From NCBI GenBank assembly GCA_964016885.1, contig OZ024760.1, forward strand, positions 11,594,001 to 11,658,000: DNA of 64,000 bases, read 5' to 3'. The notes under the pieces were generated by a model. The model did no database searches. It saw only the letters and a list, made by a program, of their open reading frames with translations, and was not told the DNA's origin. This stretch comes from Eledone cirrhosa. Its lineage: Eukaryota. Shown piece by piece: positions 13,076 through 24,058 of this stretch (within the stretch, counting starts at the first letter, position 1; each line of letters starts with the position of its first letter). The position numbers and the translations under genes are program-made.

Positions 13076-13636
13076 GATAAGCAGAACAAGCAAAATTATA
13101 TATATATATATATATATATATTATATTATATTATATTTTTTGTCCTTTACTCTTTTCTGTGTTCACTTGTTTATCGTCACATGGAAGAGTTTCGTGGAAG
13201 AGAGAGAAATATTTGAATGAAACTTAACTTGAAGGAAAAAGAGATAAAGAGAAATATAGAAAGACACTTTTTTCCTTATTTTTTCTTTGTCTTTTTGTCT
13301 TTTCTATGCTTGCTCGTTCGTAAGAATGTGGTGAAGGAAAGTGGCCTCGTGGTTCACAGGTGTTCTTGTGTGTTTGTATTCTCTGCGCTTGTTTGTTCGT
13401 GTTTATTAACACATAGAGAACGTGAAGAAGTGTGGCCTCGTGTTTGACAGGCGTTCTTAATAAAGTCGTATGTTCGATTGCTGGACAGGCCGGCGGGTTT
13501 GTTTTCTTAAGATAGGATTGGGGGGGAAACCTACGTTTAAAACTTTAAAACACCTGAGAAACTTCCTAAGAGATGTAGCCTCGTATATGAGGCAAGCTAA
13601 ACTTGTATATGTGTGTATGTGTGACCTGTAACAACG

Positions 13637-13678
<42 letters not shown>

Positions 13679-13702
13679 TGTATTTCATTATTCTATAAAT
13701 AG

Positions 13703-13892
13703 GGCGGCGGATTGGCAGTATCGGTAGAGGGTCGGACGCCATGCTTTCCAGCATAGTTACGTCCCTTTATGATCTGAGTTCAAATCCCGCCGAGGTTAAC
13801 TTTGCCTTTCATCCTTACGGGGTCGATAAAATAAAGTACCAGTAATGCACTGGGATAATTGCTGGCCTTGTGCCTAAAGTAGAAACAATTAT
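13703..13892 (+). mobile_element. tRNA-derived SINE, family 1 (MetaSINE-like central domain), full copy
   Basis: A box TGGCAGTATCGG, B box GAGTTCAAATCC, core gcctttcatccttacggggtcgataaaataaagtaccag. Other copies or fragments at about 1805-2045, 9985-10098, 11405-11518, 34870-34985, 37066-37473, 40420-40580, 42720-42848, 46106-46568, 48760-48930, 49775-50695 and 55770-55880. Confidence 0.85.
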
Positions 13893-14315
13893 TCTATAAA
13901 TACTCCGTCATTCCTACGCAGATAAAGTAAAGAGAGATAAACACATGATATAGTGGTCACAGAAGGGTAGTAAGGTGGACAGTAAGGTGGAATAACGTAT
14001 TTGCTAGAAAAAACAGTTAATACACTCGTGGTTAACTCGACCATAGGGCAGTTTGGGACAGGTCGAGTTAACCACGAGTGTATTAACTGCTTTTTCTAGC
14101 AAATACGTTATACACTCACTGTCCACCTTACTACCCTTCTGTGACCACTTTATCATGTATTTATCTCTCTCCTCGCCTCCTGAGAAATTCTCACTGGTTA
14201 CAAAAGACACAATCCTTTTTTTTTACCACTATATCACGTGTTAATCTCTCCCTCCGCCTTTGAGACTTTCTCACTTGCTATAAACTCGTCAAGAAACAGT
14301 CCATTTTTCTGAGGG

Positions 14316-14408
14316 GTCTCTTGATAAGCCGTATCAACCTCACAGCGATGATGCACTTTTAAAGCGCTGAAACCGGTGCACACGGATCGGCGAAACTGCA
14401 GTCGGGAC
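14316..14408 (+). ncRNA. Type I hammerhead motif, U3-A8 variant core, large stem II insert
   Basis: gtctc-TTGATAA-gccg[about 56 nt]cggc-GAAAC-tgca-GTC-gggac. Confidence 0.7.
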
Positions 14409-14457
14409 TTTGAAGTAAAAATAGGTATATTTTTGTCTATTATTTCCTCATATTTTG

Positions 14458-14508
<51 letters not shown>

Positions 14509-14510
<2 letters not shown>

Positions 14511-14704
14511 CGAAGGAGTTGTGGTAAGAAACCAGATGGACCATAACGCACCAGAGTACTCAATACTTAGGATAGTAGAGTGGGTAATAGGAAAATGTAT
14601 GACCCCGACGGCAGAGCTCAAGCCGTTTCGACGGCTATTTCTGTAGTCCAGAAATAGCCGCCGAAACGGCTTGAGCTCTGCCGTCGGGGTCATACATTTT
14701 CCTA
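14509..14704 (-). mobile_element. Palindromic (TA)n-embedded element, family A
   Basis: Same palindrome and tail in reverse orientation, flanked by (TA)n on both sides. Confidence 0.8.
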
Positions 14705-14889
14705 TATATATATATATATATAATGGAACTGAGGCCCTCTATTATTAAAACACCGAGAAACTTCCTGTGGTGTATATATTTAATAGGAATGAGGCCCCCT
14801 ATCATTAAAACAGTCGAGACACTAATGAGAAACAGCTTCGTAAGAGGCCAATTAAACCTGTAGAAGTGTGAGCGCTAAATTTTATATCT

Positions 14890-15372
14890 TTGTTCTCAGG
14901 GAACATGTATAGCCACCATTGCTGTTACCTTCCATGCTTCACTGTCATACAGAACTGATGGTAAAGTAATTACAATGTACAGTTTGATCTTCATTTTCCC
15001 GTGTCTTGCTTTGTATATATTTCTTTCTGTGTATATACTCTGTAGCAATTAGCAATAATAAGTTTGAAATATTTATTACATCATGGAGAATATTGTGTAG
15101 GCATGTGTCCTTGAGTTTTCAAGAGTTTAATGTATCAGATTGGCAGCTATGTCTCATCCATTTAAACTTGTAGATTTCCTAAATGCAATCACAAATTACA
15201 TTCCAATAGTTTCATCCCACGCACATCTCGCCTAGGAAATTCTCAAGTTTCTTCCCTCTCCCATCTTCCCTGTGGAATTCTCTTCTGATAGTTTCTTGCT
15301 TTCCTGACCTCTAACTACATTTTGCAAACACTTAAAAGCAACATCAATCGTCATCTTCTCTCTTCTTGAATT
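14890..15372 (-). mobile_element. Degenerate RTE-like LINE RT fragment
   Basis: Minus-strand KMKIKLYIVITLPSVLYDSEAWKV (LYGxExW-like) and ...GEGRNLR... remnants with stops. Confidence 0.65.
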
Positions 15373-16050
15373 ATGTTCTCTGTCTTGTTCCTCTCCCTTC
15401 CCAGTAACCCCTTGCATTTTAGTGGCTTTATTGCCTTGCTTGGGGTTGTGTTCTCTCTGTCTTGTTCCTCTCCCTTCCCAGTAACCCCTTCCATTTTAGT
15501 GGCTTTATTGCCCTGCTTGGGGTTATGTTCTCTCTGTCTTGTTCCTCTCCCTTCCCAGTAACCCCTTCCATTTTAGTGGCTTTATTGCCTTGCTTGGGGT
15601 TATGTTCTCTCTGTCTTGTTCCTCTCCCTTCCCAGTAACCCCTTCCATTTTAGTGGCTTTATTGCCTTGCTTGGGGTTGTGTTCTCTCTGTCTTGTTCCT
15701 CTCCCTTCCCAGTAACCCTTTCCATTTTAGTGGCTTTATTGCCTTGCTTGGGGTTATGTTCTCTCTGTCTTGTTCCTCTCCCTTCTCAGTAACCCTTTCC
15801 ATTTTAGTGGCTTTATTGCCTTGCTTGGGGTTATGTTCTCTCTGTCTTGTTCCTCTCCCTTCCCAGTAACCCTTTCCATTTTAGTGGCTTTATTGCCTTG
15901 CTTGGGGTTATGTTCTCTCTGTCTTGTTCCTCTCCCTTCTCAGTAACCCTTTCCATTTTAGTGGCTTTATTGCCTTGCTTGGGTTGTGTTCTCTCTGTCT
16001 TGTTCTTTTCCCTTCTCGGTAACTCCTTCCATTTTAGTGGTTTTATTACC
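15370..16050. repeat. 77-bp minisatellite, about 9 copies
   Basis: Unit ttatgttctctctgtcttgttcctctcccttcccagtaaccccttccattttagtggctttattgccttgcttgggg. Confidence 0.95.
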
Positions 16051-16603
16051 TTACGAGGGGTGAGTAAATTACAAATAAAACATTCTATTCCTCCCATCCT
16101 CACTCAACCACCCACATGAAGGTATCTGTATACAAACTTCAATAGTTTTAGGGAATATCTTTCATACATTTGTCAGGTAGAAACACCATAAAATAGCGAA
16201 GACATAAACAACGAAATCTTTTTTTTATATATATACTATTTTTACTTGTCATATTTTGCTTGTAAAATACTTTTATCTACTGAAACAAACAAAATGGTGG
16301 CAGAAGAAGCAAAAGTTTGGTTTACAACTTAAATAGTTCCTGGAAAATTCACAACTTGCAATGCATAAAAAGATTTCTCTAAAAAAATACTAAAATTCCT
16401 ATACAAAATTCCCACCCGTTTTTTCATTATTTTCCTACAAGGATATTGTTTTGTTTTTACTTTATGAAGGATCTTTTAGGCGGCCATTTTTATTATTTTT
16501 CTTCGATGTTATTAATCGCGTTGTTTGACGTCCAAATCGATTCAAATTCTTCAAATTTTTGTCACAATTCTTCAAATTTCACTTCAAAAAGTATTACTTG
16601 AAA

Positions 16604-16919
16604 TACAGTGAACTCTCGGCATTCGCGGAATTTTCCTTAGAACCTGTATAATTGTTCGCAGTAGCCACCGCATATTCTTATGGCTTTTATCATAACAATA
16701 TATATATCTTTAAAGGCTAAATTATTAATAACAATATACCGTATTTGTCGGCCTATTGGACCCCCATTCGCATAAGACGCTCTGTCTTTTTTATTATATT
16801 TTACGTTATATTTTGACGTTTATAGGCATTTTTATGGACCACATCACGTATTCGCGGTTTTTCACTGTTCGCAGATACTCTAAGAACGTGACCCCCGCGA
16901 GTACAGGGGGACAACTGTA
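16604..16919. mobile_element. Tc1/pogo-type MITE
   Basis: TA-CAGTG...ACTG-TA ends with imperfect TIRs; a second, interrupted copy at about 23415-24100. Confidence 0.65.
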
Positions 16920-17924
16920 TTACAAAAACTAGCCAAACGATTTCGAGTTATACCTAACTGTTGTTTTCGTTGTTAATGTTGTTGTTGCTGTTGATATTGA
17001 TGTTGTTGTTGTTGTTATTGTAGTAGTTGTTGGTTCTACTGCTGTTGTTGATGGTGGTGTTGTTATTGTAGTTGTTGTTATTGTTGATATTGTTGTTGTT
17101 GTTGTTGTTGTTGTAGTAGTTGTTGGTTCTACTGCTGTTGTTGATGGTGGTGTTGTTATTGTAGTTGTTGTTGCTGTTGATGTTGTTGTTGTTGTTATTG
17201 TAGTAGTTGTTGGTTCTACTGCTGTTGTTGGTGGTGGTGTTGTTATTGTAGTTGTTGTTGCTGTTGATATTGTTGTTGTTGTTGTTATTGTAGTAGTTGT
17301 TGGTTCTACTGCTGTTGTTGGTGGTGGTGTTGTTATTGTAGTTGTTGTTGCTGTTGATATTGTTGTTGTTGTTATTGTAGTAGTTGTTGGTTCTACTGCT
17401 GTTGTTGGTGGTGGTGTTGTTATTGTAGTTGTTGTTGCTGTTATTGTAGTAGTTGTTATTGTAGTTGTTGTTGATGCTTCTGTTGGTGCTGCTGTGGTCG
17501 TTGTTATTGTTATTGTAGTTGTTGCTGTTTTTTCTGCTGCTGCTGCTGCTGCTGCTGTTGTATTTGTTGTTACTGTAGTTGCTGCTTCGGCAGTCGTTGT
17601 TGTTGTTGTTGTTGTTTATGGAACATATTCGTCACGCGAGCTATGGAAGAGTTTTGGCGTTATTTTCCCTCAAATGGAAGAGTTTCAGAAAACTCCTCCT
17701 GTTACTATTATCATTACTATAAGCTTTGAACTATTTCAGACAGCCTTCGGGGCCTCAACGAGTGGGGCTGATGTGTCTGTCTGTCTGTCTGTCTGTCTGT
17801 CTACTTCACACTGTTGTCGGCTTTCTACTTACAGCTTTCCTTTGAAAAAGATCTTTTGATCGAAATATTAGAATAAAAAGTTGTTTTTTTTTCTTAAATG
17901 TATTTATCGTTAGAGATCCCCATC

Positions 17925-17961
<37 letters not shown>

Positions 17962-17986
17962 ACACACACACACACACACACACTCA

Positions 17987-18032
<46 letters not shown>

Positions 18033-18079
18033 ATATATGTGTGTGTGTGTTTGTGTATGTTTTGCACGTATGTAGGTAG

Positions 18080-18151
<72 letters not shown>

Positions 18152-18152
<1 letters not shown>

Positions 18153-18296
18153 AATGAAGTAATTCCGTCGGAAAGGTCCAGGAAAAAAGAGTGCTCTATG
18201 TAGGTTACAGAGTTTAATAGTTATGTAATAAACAACATAAGATAATTATTTCATGGTAAATGAAATAATTATCTTATGTTGTTTATTACATAACTA
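18152..18296. mobile_element. Family B element with the palindrome centre deleted
   Basis: Near-identical tail and outer arms to 6266-6517, with the inner part missing. Confidence 0.75.
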
Positions 18297-19230
18297 CATA
18301 CATACATACATACATACATACATACATACATACATACATACATACATACATACATACATACATACATACATACATAGATGGTGGCTGCCAACTCGTTTTC
18401 GAGTACGGCCACTACTTTATATCCATGTAGGAGAACCCCTACCGATGCGCTGAACGAGTGTGACTTTTTAGTCCAGCCAACGACTTGAAAACTCTGGTAC
18501 AAACACTACACTTGTGACAATTATTGACACATAGTGCTAGGCCCATGGTACCATGTGATGACAAGTGCAGAGAGATCTCCAGATATAAAGCAATGCCTGT
18601 GCCGTGAAGCTTTTATAGTGAGCAAAGGCACTGCACAAAGCCAGTCCCACTCTCTTAACCAAGATGATATTTACCAAAAAGAAGATTAAGTCAACATCAT
18701 TGGATACCATCAGGGTTACAGGTGTTATATCAGAGTTTTCCTTCTCCTAGAATTCTGCCTTGACAAAGGCTAAGGGGTCATCTCTCCAGGTGATTTTGGA
18801 TGGCCATTGACTCTTAAGAGCTCCTTTTCCCTTTGACAGGTTTTGTTTTTAGTCCTGTAGGATGTCCAAAGTCACCCTCCTCACCAAGAAACCTTGGTGG
18901 GGTTGCCAGTTTAGTCGCCAACGACCCGACCATGAGACAGGTTGTACTGGGATACATGTTACCAGTAGCACCAACTGGTGACCTGACATATACATGTTAC
19001 CAGTAGCACCAACTGGTGACCTGACATATACATACATACATACATACATACATACATACATACATACATACATACATACATACATACATACATACATACA
19101 TACATACATTATGGCTGCCCCCTCGTTATCGAGTATGGCCATTGCACGAGGAGAAAGAAAAAAAATAAATAAATAAATAAATTTAAAAAAATAATAATAA
19201 TAATAATAAATAAATAAAAATAAAATAAAA

Positions 19231-19263
<33 letters not shown>

Positions 19264-19290
19264 CATAGAGCATAGAAAGAGGGGGAGGGA

Positions 19291-19595
19291 TATATATATA
19301 TAAATATAAGTCGACTGAAGCACTGCAGTGCAATGAAACAAAACGTCATAACTTCTGGAGTTCGCAACCGATTTTCACAAAACTTGACACAGGGGCTACG
19401 TTTGTCCTACAGATGAATGTAAACTCTCAGAATAGGCACATATTGGGTAGGGGACTCCTGGGGGCAGGAACCCCCTTTTGGAAAAAGCCGATGATTTTGT
19501 AAAAGTATAGTTTTCGAAGCAGCACTGAAGTATTGACATAAATGGTATACACAACTGCTATTTAATATCCGAGCAACGCCGGGTACCTCTGCTAG
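19291..19595 (+). mobile_element. Non-autonomous Helitron-like element
   Basis: 3' end ccgagcaacgccgggtacctctg-CTAG-t (subterminal GC-rich hairpin-like motif plus CTAG). Confidence 0.55.
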
Positions 19596-19627
<32 letters not shown>

Positions 19628-21681
19628 TAAAGAGGATGATTCATTTTAATACACCGTGTATATTCGTATATATATTCATATATATCTACTTATACACACA
19701 TATGAGTACATATATGAATATATAAGTGTGTGCGTGTATGTATGCATACACTATGTGCATACATGCATATATACATACACACATACATATATACATACAT
19801 TCACATACAAACATAAGTACATACATACATACACTCGCATACAAACATACCTACATACATACTCACACACATATATATATATATATACATACATGCATTC
19901 ATGCATACATACGTACATACACTCACATAAAACATACATACGTACATACTCTCACGCACGCGCGCGCACACACACACATACACACACTGTATATTGTACA
20001 TATTATATACACATTTTATAGTCTATATTTAATTAATCTCCATTTTCAAAATGGCCTCAGTCCCAAAACGTAAGTCTAACAAATTAAGTTAGTTTTGTGG
20101 CTAGTGTTGTTATTGTTGTTGTGGTTGTATGTATGTGTATATATGTATGTATATATGTGTTTGTATATATATATATATATATATGTGTGTGCGTTTGTAT
20201 ATATATATTTATATATATATATATATATACAAACACATATATGTATGTATATACATACAGACATGAATATATATGTATGTATATATATACACATACGAAT
20301 GCATGTATGCAAGTTAGTTGTATGTATGTATACATGTGTATGTGTTTATTTATATATGTGTGTGTGTGGTTTATATATGTGTGTGTATGTATATACACGT
20401 GTGTGTGGTTTATATATATATGTGTGTGTATGTCTATTTGCGTGTATATATATATATATGTATGTATATGCCCGCGCGTGTGTGTGTGTGTGTGTGTGTG
20501 TGCATGTGTGTGTGTGTGTCCGAGAGATATAATCAGTGCCTGGGAGAGGAAAATATCTTAAATCACATTAACGACAACAACAACAAAGACAACAACAACA
20601 AAGAAAACAACAACAACAACAAAGACAACAACAACAAAGACAACAACAACAACAAAGACAACAACAATGACAATAACAGCAACAACAGCAATGACAACAA
20701 TAACAACAACAACGACAGCAACAACAACAACAGCAACAGCAACAGCAACAGCAACAATGTCAACAACAACAACAACAACAACGACAACAATAACCCCAGC
20801 AACAACAACAACAACAATGACAACAATAACCCCAGCAACAACAATAACAACAACAACAACAGCAACGACAACAACAACAAAGACAACAACAACAGCAACA
20901 GCAACAAAGACAACAACAACAACAAAGACAACAACAACAACGACAGCAATGTCAACAGCAACAACAACAAAGACAACAACAACAACTAAACCAGTAGCTG
21001 CAAGTTACACTAAAATATCAAATAAGAAATGGATGCGTGTTGTTAATAAGGCACGTACATACAGGTATGTGGTAGATAGAGAGATAGATATATATAGAGA
21101 GGAGGGGGTAGAGAGAGAGGGGGAGAGGCGGAGAAAGAGAGAGATGTACATATGTGAGTGTATAGATAGATGTGTGTGTGTGTGTGTGTGTATATAGATA
21201 GATGTGTGTGTGTGTGTGTATATATAGATAGATGTGTGTGTGTGTGTGTGTATATAGATAGATGTGTGTGTGTGTATAGATAGATGTGTGTGTGTGTATA
21301 TATAGATAGAGGTGTGTGTGTGTGTGTGTATAGATAGATGTGTGTGTGTGTGTGTGTATATATAGATAGATGTGTGTGTGTGTGTGTGTGTATATATAGA
21401 TAGATGTGTGTGTGTGTGTGTATATATAGATAGATGTGTGTGTGTGTATATAGATAGATGTGTGTGTGTGTATAGATAGATGTGTGTGTGTGTATATATA
21501 GATAGAGGTGTGTGTGTGTGTGTGTATAGATAGATGTGTGTGTGTGTGTGTGTATATATAGATAGATGAGTGTGTGTGTGTGTGTGTATATATAGATAGA
21601 TGTGTGTGTGTGTGTGTATATAGATAGATGTGTGTGTGTGTGTGTGTATAGATAGATGTGTGTGTGTGTGTGTATATATAG

Positions 21682-21750
<69 letters not shown>

Positions 21751-22220
21751 GAATTTTCTTCGCTGAAAAACAAAAGGTGAGTTTAACTGAGTACTGGATG
21801 TGTTTTAATTATAGTTGACTGTAGTGGCCATGTTGGAAAGATAGATAGATAGAAAGAGAGGGAGGAAGGAAGGAAGGAAGGAAAGAGAGAGGAAGAAGGA
21901 AAGAGAGTGGGGATGGAAAGAGGAAGGAAAGTGAGCGAGAAAGGAGAGAAGAAGGAAAGAGAGCAAGGAAGAAAGAGAGCGAGGAAGAAGGGAAAAAGAA
22001 GGAAAGTGAGTGAAGATAGAAAGAGGAAGGAAAGAGAACGAGAAAGGAGAAAAGAATGAAAGAGAGAGGAAGGAGATAAGAACATTAAATATATATATAT
22101 ATTATATATTGTATATATTATATATATTATATATATTGTATATATACTATATATTGTATATATTGTATATATTATATATATTATATATATATAATATATA
22201 TATTGTACATATTTTTATTG

Positions 22221-22277
22221 GTTGCTATACATGATGTGTAAATGTTTCAGTATCTTTATATCTCGTCAGTACAGTTG
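22221..22277 (-). ncRNA. Degenerate hammerhead motif
   Basis: Minus strand: ctgta-CTGACGA-gatataaagatact-GAAAC-at(ttacacatc)at-GTA-tagc. Stems I and II are imperfect. Confidence 0.45.
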
Positions 22278-22459
22278 ATGGACTTAAAGACACTAATTAG
22301 AAACATTGCCAAATCATTGAACTGATAACATATCCAGATATTAAAACGTTCGTCTTTACATATTCTTTCAAAAAGGAACGAACAATCAACAATTATAGTA
22401 CGTCGAGTATGTTTGTGTGTGTATATAAATATATATATATATATACACACACACAAACA

Positions 22460-22509
<50 letters not shown>

Positions 22510-22514
22510 TAACA

Positions 22515-22549
<35 letters not shown>

Positions 22550-22645
22550 GTATAAAAATCAATACAATATAATTACCTCATTACCAGAGGTTTCCCGAAT
22601 GAGGCGAATACGAAAGAAGCGTCTTCATTCGTTCGTCAGACGTTA

Positions 22646-22721
22646 TTGCCTCGTCTGACGAACGAATGAAGACGCTTCTTTCGTATTCGCCTCATTCGGG
22701 AAACCTCTGGTAATGAGGTAA
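22646..22721 (+). ncRNA. Type I hammerhead ribozyme motif inside a perfect palindrome
   Basis: ttgcctcgt-CTGACGA-acgaatga...tcattcgg-GAAAC-ctctg-GTA-atgaggtaa; 9-bp stem I including G-U pairs. Confidence 0.8.
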
Positions 22722-22877
22722 TTATATTGTATTGATTTTTATACATTAAATTTTGCTCTGATACTTACATAGAGCACTCTTCACTTCTATGACCTTTTCT
22801 GTTTTCAACGGAAATTTCAATACATATATATATATATACGTGGAAAAGTAAGAAATCGGAGAACAGACCATTAAAAC

Positions 22878-22920
22878 TGCACCTACGTACGTTTCGCCCA
22901 GTTGAGCTTGTCAAGGGCAT
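22878..22920 (-). ncRNA. Minimal type I hammerhead motif, U3-A8 variant core
   Basis: Minus strand: atgccc-TTGACAA-gctc[aact]gggc-GAAAC-gtac-GTA-ggtgca; palindromic stem III. Confidence 0.75.
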
Positions 22921-23136
22921 AAATAACCAAAAGTGTTCCTTACATTGCTCGGAAAGTGTTTTAGGGGTTAAGTTCACGTCATAATTCATTCTTCGCAAAA
23001 AAAGCGTCTTTTGATTTTGCAGTAGGTATATATATATATATATGATGATGTCACGACACTCGCACACAGAACAGTGTGGCCAGCATTATTATTAAAGGAC
23101 TTGAACATCTGAAACTACTTCGCTTTTCCTTATTCG

Positions 23137-23173
<37 letters not shown>

Positions 23174-23607
23174 AATTTCGTATTTCGAAAGAAATACGAT
23201 TTTAGGAAGCCGTAGCTATGCGGACACCGGGGGGGGGGGTCTAACGCCCTCTGGTGTTGTCCAGCAGAAGCAAGGGGGACAACCGTCTATGCATCTCAGG
23301 CTTGACTCGCCATCGTCGGGAGGATCGCTCCCACTGCTCAGCGGCTGCTGAACTTGAAAACAGCCGAGAATATATAGTTTTCTCGTCTGTGTAAATGAGG
23401 TGATTAATCTCAATTTTCGCGGAAGTTTCCATAGAACCTAACTAATAATTGTTCGTGGAAGCCACCGCATATTCGCGGATTCGTAAATATCTTCCACGAT
23501 TTTTTTTATGGTTTTTTTTCGAGGCAATATATATTTTTAAATGATATATTATTAATAGCAATATACCGTATTTGCCGGCCTATTGGACGCCCCTTTGCAT
23601 TTTATAG

Positions 23608-24058
23608 CTAAAACTGGAAATATTCCAAGCAACCATTAAGCCCATATTACTTTATGGATCCGAAACTTGGATACTAACATCACAACTTGAGAGGAGATTG
23701 GATGGCACATATACCCGCCTCTTAATGAGAGTGCAAAACCTATCCTGGAAACGACATCCCACCTTGTCTACAATCTATGGCAAACTCCCTCGAGCCTCTG
23801 CCCTTCTAAAATCCCGGAGAGCTCAATTTGCTGGCCACTGTCACCGTGCCAGCAATGAAATCATATCCGCTGTCTTGCTCTGGAACCATGACTCCAGCCT
23901 GACTAGGAGTAGGAAGCTGTCATTCCCTGACGTTATCTCTAGGGATACGAGAATCAGCAGACAGGACCTGGGGGCAGTGATGGGGGGGGGCAGGGGATTC
24001 TGGGGCATGAGAGTGAGATCCATCATCTCGACAGTAGTCGACGAGTGGTGGTGGTGGT
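23608..24058 (+). mobile_element. 5'-truncated non-LTR retrotransposon (RTE-like) 3' end
   Basis: LKLEIFQATIKPILLYGSETWILTSQLERRLDGTYTRLLMRVQNLSWK...RRAQFAGHCHR, followed by a (TGG)n tail. Confidence 0.85.

Noticed and set aside
13703-13790. tRNA gene
   Set aside because: The A and B boxes belong to a multi-copy SINE head; no cloverleaf, and it continues into the SINE body.
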